A DNA stretch of 64,000 bases from the human T2T-CHM13v2.0 reference genome, Homo sapiens. The position numbers and the translations under genes are program-made. The stretch is taken from NCBI RefSeq assembly GCF_009914755.1, contig NC_060929.1; one strand, written 5' to 3'. Within the stretch, counting starts at the first letter, position 1, and each line of letters begins with the position of its first letter. The notes under the pieces were generated by a model that was not told the origin of the DNA, did not search any database, and saw only the letters and a list, made by a program, of their open reading frames with translations. Below, piece by piece: positions 55,560 to 64,000 of the stretch.

Positions 55560-56390
55560 GCATAGTAGGATAACATTTTCTTCCCCTTTTGCTAACCACT
55601 TTCTCCTCCAATTACTTAGTAATCCTCCTCTCCTCACAGAAATTCTTTCAGGTTTTGTGGTCTGTATTTTCTTTAGCCATTACTACACTATTTTTAACAA
55701 GGGTAGACATATGTTTCTATATTTGCTCTTCTTTTACAGGTTTTTATGTAGTACGTTCATCTACTCATTTTTTTCAACTATTCATTTTTTTCTAGGTAAG
55801 TTAGAATCATGGTTGAGGTTCTCCCTTCATGCTGTATTTCCCTAAGGTGCATATTAAAAGTATACATTTTACTTAGGAGAAAGTGTCATCCTGTGGCATC
55901 TAATTTTTTCTTCCAGAAACATTTTTTATATTCAGTCTAATGATTCTGGTATTAGTTTCTCTTTCTAAAGTGTTTTCTTTTCCTTGTAGTTAACCCATAT
56001 TTTTTTATGATTATACCCTTTATTTTAGTTTTGTTTTTATGTTAATAGTTTCTTCTTTTATACCACCTTTTCTTGTTGTCATTGGCAGCAAAACTGGAAT
56101 TTTATATTTTTCTGTGGGATCCATTCAGGGCACTTAGCTGTTATATTTATATTAATTCTAATAGTTTTTCAGTTGAGTCTGTTTGGTTTTCTAGATACAA
56201 AATTATGTACAAATAATGATAATTTTTCACCTTTTTCAATACTTTTACCTCTTTTAGAACTGTCATATTGCCTAGAATCTTATTCCAAATCAGCATTACA
56301 TAATGATTATGGTAGATGTTTTTTCTTATAATGCTTTTACTGCCTTATTAAGATAAATCTAGACTGTTAGTGTAAAATATGCTCCCTAGT
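55560..56390 (-). mobile_element. Highly diverged antisense L1 fragment(s)
   Basis: 'tattaattctaatagttttt...ggttttctagatac...aaataatgataatttt'. Confidence 0.45.
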
Positions 56391-56689
56391 ATAAGAAATA
56401 TTAAAATTTAAAATGCCATATAACTGAAAATTGGTTTTTAGTTACATGGTAATTTTGTCACATAGTGCCTTGTTCATATTTAAGTGAAAGCTTCTTGCTA
56501 TCCAGAAAGAGAAAATGGCTTCAAGATATGAAAAAATTGCCGGAATTTAATGGACCTGTATCTTTTAATCAGAAGAACACTGTCTAATTGGCTTTACAAT
56601 GGTAATGATTGTGTTCTATTCATGAGTTTAAAGAGGAGTTGGGCAAAGGTCCACCAGGCTGTCTGTTGAAAACCCAGGGAAAACCTGGG

Positions 56690-57445
56690 AACAGGGCCGA
56701 ATCTGAGATACACCAAGTTATACCTGAACCGTAACCAGCCTTTACTCAGCTCAGCCATGACTGCACTAAGGTGATCAATTCTCTATCTGCCTATATGAGG
56801 AAGAGTAACACCCTCTTGTAGAAAATAACATCCTTTAGAGCATGTGTTCTCAGTAGGCACAAGATTGGTTCTTCCAGTGTGAAACAAATATTAAATGGTA
56901 CAGTGATTTGTGGACCTTCAAAAACCCACAACACATAAACAGATACAACTGGCAGGTTGGGGAAATTAGTAACAAAAAGTCTATTAAAGTTCTTTATAGA
57001 GATAATAGTGAAAAATAAAGGTTGGGGAACACTGATTTAGAGCCTTTTCAGTTTTTTAGTATAATACCTGATAATTAAAAGTTATAGATATTCTAAAAGA
57101 CAAAAACATGTGACCAAAAGACAGTAGACAGACAATATAATGTGCATTTGCAATTTTGCTCCAGAGATTGGAGTTAGAACATATGGACTTAAAAATACAT
57201 AATTAATGTTAACTTATATTAATCAGTTAACAAAATAGGTAAAAGAAAAACAGATGGAAATTTGGAAAATTTCATCAGAGAATTGAAATTTGTGAAGAGA
57301 GAAACAAATAGAAAACTGAAAAGCATAGTATCTGAAATTAAGAACTCTCTGGATGGGTTTAAAGTTAATTAAACACAGTGGAAGACAGGATTAGTAAACT
57401 GGAAAACAGGTTAATAGAAAATAAACTGAACCAGAGAGGAAATAA
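56690..57445 (+). mobile_element. L1M 5'/ORF1-region fragment
   Basis: 'tctgaaattaagaactctctggatgggtt...gaagacaggattagtaaactggaaaacagg'. Confidence 0.65.
56841..57034. mobile_element. hAT-Charlie MITE nested in L1
   Basis: catgtgttctc...ggggaacactg TIR-like ends; 8-bp TSD ctttagag/atttagag. Confidence 0.55.
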
Positions 57446-57822
57446 TATATACACGTATTCCACTTGCAAACTGTTTGCAAAGTACCATCTTTTTCCATAT
57501 CCTTGCCAAAAATATGTATTTTAACAATGTTTATATTTTGCCAATTTCTGTGTAAAGTGATATCTCATTGTTAATTTAATTTGAATTTCACTAACAACGT
57601 TTTACCTTTTCATTGTATTTTGCTAGTTAGTTATTCTTTTCTGAGAAATACCAATTCATATTTTGCCATTATGTATCTGGGGTCATTTGTATCAATTTGT
57701 AATTGTTTTCTGAGGTAATCTTTTGTCATTTCTGTTACAGATAAATTTTCTAGATCTATATATAAAACATTTGTGATGAATATACTGTTTTATTTTACAA
57801 CAAATCTGGATTTATTTGTATA

Positions 57823-60337
57823 CAAGATACCTCAGAGATATTGCTGGGTTTTTGTTTTTTTTTTTCCCCAGACCACTGCCGTAAAGTGACTGCAATAAAA
57901 CAAATATCACAATAAAGCAGCACACAACTTTTTTGATTTCCCAGTGCATATAAAAGCTATGTGTAAACTATACTGTAGTCTATTAAGTGTGCAATAGCAT
58001 TCTGTCTACAAAAACAATGTACATTAGCCAGGCTGTGGTGGCTCATACCTGCAGTCCCAGCTACACAGTAGTCTAGGGCAGGAGGATGCCTTGATCCTAG
58101 GAGTACGAGGCTGCAGTGAGTTATGATCATGCTCCTACACTCCAGTCTGAGCAACAGAGCAAGACCCTGTCTCATAAATATATATGTATGTGTATATATA
58201 TGTATATATGTATATGTATGTATATACACACACACATATCTTAATTTAAAAATACTTTATTGCTAAAAAACAAGATCCTGTGAGCCTTCAGCAAGTCATA
58301 ATCTTTTTGCTGCTGGAGGGTCTTGCCTTGATGTTGATGGCTGTTGATTCATCAGGGTGGTGGTTACTGAAGGTTGCGGTGACTGTGCCAATTTCTTGAA
58401 ATAATTCAACAATGAGGTTGCCACAGCAGTGGACTCTTTCTTTCACAAAAGATTATCCATAGCAGTCAATGCTATTTGGTAGCATTTTATCCACAGTATA
58501 ACTTCTTCCATAATTGGAGTCAGCCTTCTCAAACCCTGCTATTGCTTTATCAACTAAGTTTGTGTAATATTCTAAATCCTTTGGTTTTATTTCAACGTTG
58601 TTCATAGCATCTTCATTAGGAGTAAATTCTACCTCAAGAAATAACTTTCTTTCTCATCCATAAGAAGCAACTCTTCATCCATTCAAGTTTTAACATCAAA
58701 TTTTAACAATTCAGTCACATCTTCAGGCTCCATTTCTAATTTTCGTTCTATTTCTACTATATCTGCAGTTCCTTTTTTCATTGAAGTCTTGAAACCCTCC
58801 CAGTCATCTGTGAGAGTTGGAATCAATTTCTTCCACACTTCTGTTTAGGTTGCTATTTTGACCTCTTTTTATGACCTTTTTAGAAGGTTTTCAATGTACT
58901 TTGCCCAGATCCATTAGAGGAATCATTATAGCCGCCATAAACTTAGGAAAAATATTTCTTAAATAACCCAACTTGGGAATCAGAATTACTCCTTAATCCA
59001 TGGGTTGCAGAGTGGATGTTTTGTTAGCAGGCATGAAAACAATATCAATTTCTTTGTACATCTTCAATAGAGCTCTTGGGTGACAAGGTATGTTGCCAAA
59101 GAGCAGTAATATCTCGAGAGGAATCTTTTTTTCTGAGCACTAGGTCTCAACAGTGAACCTAAAATATTTCATAAATTATGCTGTGAACAGATATGCTGTC
59201 ATCTAGGCTTTGTTGCTCTATGTATGGAGCACAGGCAGAGCAGATTTACCATAATTTTGAAGGGCCTTGGGATTTTCAGAATGGTAAATGAGCATTGGCA
59301 TCAACTTAAAGTCACCAGTTGCATTAGTTCCTAAAGAGGGAGTCAGGCTGTCCTTTGAAGTTTTGAAGTCAGGCATTGACTTCTCCTCGCTAGCTATGAA
59401 AGTCCCAGAAGGCTGTATTGTCTACATTGATAACATGTTGTTTAGTGTAGCTAGATCTTCTGGATATCTTGCTGCAGCTTCTACATCAGAACTTGCTGCT
59501 TGCACTTTTATGGTATGGAGATGGCGTCTTTCCTTAAACTTCTGCTAGCTTCCATCTTACACAGCTTCCTCACCCCTCTTAGCTCTCGTAGAATTGAAGA
59601 GAATTAAGACTTTGCTCTAGATTAGGCTTTGGCTTAAGGAAATGTTGTGGCTGATATAATCCTCTATTCAGACCACCAAAACTTTCTTCATATCAGCAAG
59701 AAGGCTGTTTCACTTTCTTACCATTTGTGTGTTCACTGGAGTAGCACTTTCAATTTCCTTCAAGAACTTTTCCTTTGCATTTACAACTTCGCTACCTGTT
59801 TGGTGCAGAAGGTCTAGCTTTCCGTCTTGGCTTTTGACATTCCTCATGAAACATAATCGTTTTTAGCTTTTGATTGAAAATGAGAGATGTGTGTCTCTTC
59901 CATTTTCACTTGAACACTTAGAAGCCATTGTAGGGTTACTAAATGGCCAAATTTAATGTTGTTGTGTCTCAGGAAACAGAAAGGCCCATGGAGAAGGAAA
60001 GAGATGGGGGAACGGCTGGTCGATCAAACAGTCAGAACACATAGAACAATTATCAGTTAAGTTCATTGTCTTATATGACACTGTTTGTGGTGCCCCAAAA
60101 CAGTGATAAAAATAACATCAAAGATCATTGATCATAGATTATCATAAAAGATGTAATAATAATGAAAACATTAGAAATATTGGAAGAATTACCAAAATGT
60201 GACATAGAGGCATGAAGTGAGTACATGCTGTTGGAAAGATGGTGCTGATAGATTTGCTCTATGCAGGGTTACCATACATCTTCAATTTGTTAAAAAATGC
60301 AATTTTCTGCAGAGCACAATAAAACTAGGTATGTCTA
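57823..60337 (-). mobile_element. Tigger1 DNA transposon, near full length, decayed transposase
   Basis: Both termini resemble Tigger1; TA at 57821; minus-strand ATG at 59928 reads MASKCSSE and then frameshifts. Confidence 0.92.
58026..58237 (+). mobile_element. FRAM/AluJ right monomer with (TA/TG/CA)n tail, nested in Tigger1
   Basis: 'gaggctgcagtgagttatgatc...actccagtctgagcaacagagcaagaccctgtctc'. Confidence 0.85.
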
Positions 60338-60911
60338 TTCTGAAAAATTATACTGGAAGACTATGATAAAAAATTAGCTTTCACAACATATTCTAAACAA
60401 CATTGATAAGCATATAGTTATTATGTTCTATATTCCAGACTGTCATACATGTTTGTATGTGCATGTTTCTGATAGTACCCATGGTAATTTAGCTTGATGA
60501 CAAAAGCTGTTGGGGAATCCCAGTTAGGTTTCTTCATGACCACCTCCTTGGTCTTGGATTGATTATGTCAGGTTACTTTATGCTTAAAAATTAATATAAC
60601 CATTGTCTGACTTGCAAATTTAAAAGTTATTTAGGTATAACTAGCTAGTGGCTGTCATGCAGTGTGAAATATCACTGTTGATGCTGATATGAGAATGTGG
60701 GTGAAAGAGAGAGTGAGCATGTTGTACCCTTCCAGATCTAAAGCTGTTTGATTATTGGCATACATGTGTACAAAAAAATGTTTATTGATCTCTTCCTGTC
60801 ATGATAAAGTAGCCATGATCGATGTCATGCTTCCAATGTTTGAATAAGGGTAGTTATGTCATGAATGATAGTATAACATAAGGATTAGTTCTTTTGCCTT
60901 TGGAGGTTGAC

Positions 60912-61253
60912 TTTCTTAGTCCATTCAGGCAAGTATAACAAAATATATAAGCTGGGTGGCTTATAAACAGAAACTTATTTCTTACATTTCTGGTGACTGA
61001 GAAGTCTAAGATCAAGGTGCTGGAAGATTCTGGTGAGGGGCTCTTTCCTGTTCATAGATGGCCATCTTCTTGCTATGTCTTCTTCATATGGCTGTAGGTA
61101 GAAAGGGGTGTGGCAGCTCTTTGGGGCCTCTTTTATAAGGTACTGATGCCATTTATGAGGGTCCTGCCACATGACCTAATCACCTTCCCCTTCCAAATAC
61201 CATCATATTGGGGGGTAGGATTTTGGTGAAATGCAAACATTCAAACCATAGCA
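60912..61253 (-). mobile_element. MLT1A/MST-like MaLR solo LTR
   Basis: 'tcttagtccattcaggc...ctgggtggcttataaac...aaacattcaaaccatagca'. Confidence 0.85.
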
Positions 61254-62759
61254 CTGGCCATCTCCATTCTACCTCTTATCAACCCACTTAACATTAGAAA
61301 AGTTAAGTATCCCTTCTATGTCTTAATTTCATTACCGGTGAAATGAGGTTGATAATAGTATCTACCTCACTGAATTAAATGTGATAATGCACATTGGGTG
61401 GTAGCCCAGAGCAACCATTTATAAATGGAAGCTATGGTTAGTATTTCTAGCAAAAATGCATGTTCTCATTGTGTTTAGTGTACAGGTTATTAAACAAGGC
61501 CCTGAGATAAAGGAATATTTAAAGGTGCTTCCCCATTTTATAAAGTTAATTTTTTTTAAGCAAGCATTGAGTACAGGGAAGTTTCAGGAGCCTAAATAGA
61601 TCTTTTCGTTATCCCATGTACTCTATAGCATACAGTTGAAATCTATTTATATAAAATTAAGATAGTAGCAAATTTCAACAGGCTCATTTGTTTAATGGAA
61701 CAGCTTGGTGAATGCCTTTCTCCAACTTTTGTGTTTAAGCAAGAATTATTACTAATAGTACTTAAAACTTTTTAGTATTTATTTGAATAATTTTATTATC
61801 TCTTCAGGAACACTAGGATATCAATTACAGTGCTGGGAAATGTGTGTTCAGCGAAAAAAAGTGCTGCCTTTTCCCTGTGGTAGCGTTCTGAAAGGTTTTG
61901 AGGCTACACTTGATGAGCATGCCTTTTTTCCCCCAAAGAATCAAAGTTAGAGCATGATAAATGAAAGAAATTTCAAAATCATTATGCAAGGTGTGTTTTG
62001 TATTCACTGGTCTTCTCTGATGAGTCAATTTCCATTTTTAAGGAATCTCAAGCATTCTTATAACAATCTTGGGTTTGACATAGAGGTTGAGACTTCTTAA
62101 AGTACAGGTAACCATCTCCCCGTTCTTTGCTCTATTGATTTGTTAGAGTTGACGTGTAAAATTCCTAGTTTTAAAACATTTCGAGGGTATTTTCTGATTT
62201 TGCTATTTTTAAAAAATAGTTTACAATTCCTATTTCCTTCTGAATATCTTTGGTGCAGCTATTTGCTTTCTGCATGGCCACATGAGTTGCATTGCATCTG
62301 TTTCTAAAATAATGTGTTTAATTTTCCACCAGTACTGCAAGTTGGTCCTGAATTGCCTTATATGATAAACAAACGGGTTTGTAAAGTTGCTTCAAAGGTC
62401 ACCATCTTCTACCCTTTGGTGGTGGTTCTGAGTACTTTTAAAATAAAAATCTTCAAAGCCATCTTTAGATGATACCCTTGCTTTCAATCATGATAATGAA
62501 ATTAAAAATGTTATTAAATTGGTAGTAACTTGGCTTTAAATTGAAAGTATATTAGCATAATAGAAGGCTCTAGAACTTCTTTCTAAATAAGACTTTCTTT
62601 GCAAGAGACAACATTTATAAAGCATCTACCAGAGTGGCATAATAAATCTCAAATCTCTTGCCTTATTTTTCTTTTTCGCTTTCTAATATGTACTTTGTAT
62701 TACTTCTGATGTCTCATCTCCCTGTAGTTATAGAAACACATAGACTTATACCTAGGTTC

Positions 62760-63175
62760 TGTTATTAGTTTCTTATTGCTGTGTAACAATTTATTATAAA
62801 CTTAATGGCTTAAAACACCCATGTATTATCTCACAGTTCTGTCAATCAGAAGCCTAGACAGGGCTCAGCTGGGTCCTCTTCCAAGCTCTCCTGGCTGTTG
62901 GCAGAATTCATTTCCTTGCGAGAGTAGAAGCGCTTCCATGTTCTTTGGGGTTAGCAGTTCTCTGATGCTTCCCCTTCTTTTAAAGGACTTACCTGATTAG
63001 GTTAGAGCCACCTAGTGTAATCTCCTTTTTGATTTAGTCAAAGATGATTGACTGATAGCCTCATTTTGGGAGTCATATCCCATCCTTTCCACAGGATCTG
63101 CCCACAGTTCACAGGACCGTGGGGATTATACAGAGTGTCAGTCATTGGGGAGGTCTTAGAATTTTGCCTGTCATA
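62760..63175 (-). mobile_element. MLT1E/F-like MaLR LTR
   Basis: 'tattagtttcttattgctgtgtaacaa...tgttggcagaattcatttccttgc...cttagaattttgcct'. Confidence 0.75.
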
Positions 63176-64000
63176 TCCTGGGTTTTAAAACTTTTATATG
63201 GGGAAAGTCATTTAAGGAAGAAAGTAAATGAACATCTGTTGACTAGGTTGCTAGGTACAATGGTATGACTTCCATTTTATAAAGGAGTAAAACTTAAATT
63301 TGCAGAGACTGATTGGGTCAAGATATCACTGACTTAAAGGGCTGAACAGACATTCTTAGAGGCAAAAGCTCCAGTTGAGTGAGAGTCTGGTTTTTAGTTG
63401 GTTTTTCCTAAGCAGTTAAAGTTTCAAATGAACTCTTTTTAAACAGTTCACATTCCGGGGTTGTTTAAAACCTATGAACATATTTCCCCACGGAAATCAT
63501 GCTGTAAATGATAAGTCCTCAGTTGGCTCCACAAAATCCAACTTTACACATACTATCAGGAAAGTTATCTTCAGATTCATCCAGAACGTCTTGGGGCCTA
63601 ATCCCTGTGCCCCATGAAGGTAACTGAGGTCTTACAGCTGCCTTTTGTGGGGACTGCCCCTCAGAGATGAAAGTAAACTATGACTCATCCAGGGACAAGG
63701 AGAAGCGCATGCCGTGCCCTTAGCTGTCTCTGTGTCTGCTGGAGGTAGGTGAAGGCACTGGCTGCATCCACTCTGATTTGGTAGGGAAAGCTTCTAACAC
63801 TGAGCATTGGGATCATATTTAATTTGTCAATTAGGTAATTGTGGTATACCCTATATACAGAATCTTCCTGGCTGAATGATCTTTTATACAGAATCATTAT
63901 GTAGTGATAGTAGGTTTTTAAATGGTGCCCATTAAACTTGCACATAACTTGCACAGCAGGTTATGTGCTAAACTATTTAACGAGCATTTTTATCCTTCAG

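Noticed and set aside
58240-59928. Functional Tigger transposase gene
   Set aside because: Frameshift within about 10 codons, and the ORF track shows no long minus-strand ORF here

Overview
This is primate (very probably human) AT-rich non-coding DNA that looks like the interior of one very long intron. A host gene on the + strand is inferred: the + strand looks T-rich, and most L1 and LTR fragments lie antisense to +. I can support no protein-coding exon, tRNA, rRNA or CRISPR feature, and I cannot name the host gene. The supplied ORFs are chance frames or come from Alu, L1, LTR and microsatellite sequence. The window holds about 17 Alu/FLAM/FRAM elements, many MIR, L2 and old L1 fragments, and solo LTRs (HERV-H LTR7, MER4-type, MER61/83-type, THE1, MLT1/MLT2, LTR33-like). 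It also holds hAT MITEs (MER20, MER33, MER5) and a near-complete Tigger1. I see no new multi-gene system. The best leads are: (i) splice-signal oddities, namely a possible 4-nt microexon at 48461-48464, an AG|GTAAGT recursive-type site at 55795 and a possible alternative first exon near 17.1 kb; (ii) atypical Alu insertions, namely a left-arm-only AluY with an intact TSD, an AluYd, and a tailless AluSp piece inside a locally duplicated and inverted flank; (iii) a short solo LTR7 with a perfect TSD; (iv) repeat-free, CpG-retaining enhancer-like blocks. Repeat subfamily names are recognised by eye from remembered consensus sequences and need RepeatMasker/Dfam confirmation. Boundaries of the old repeats are approximate.
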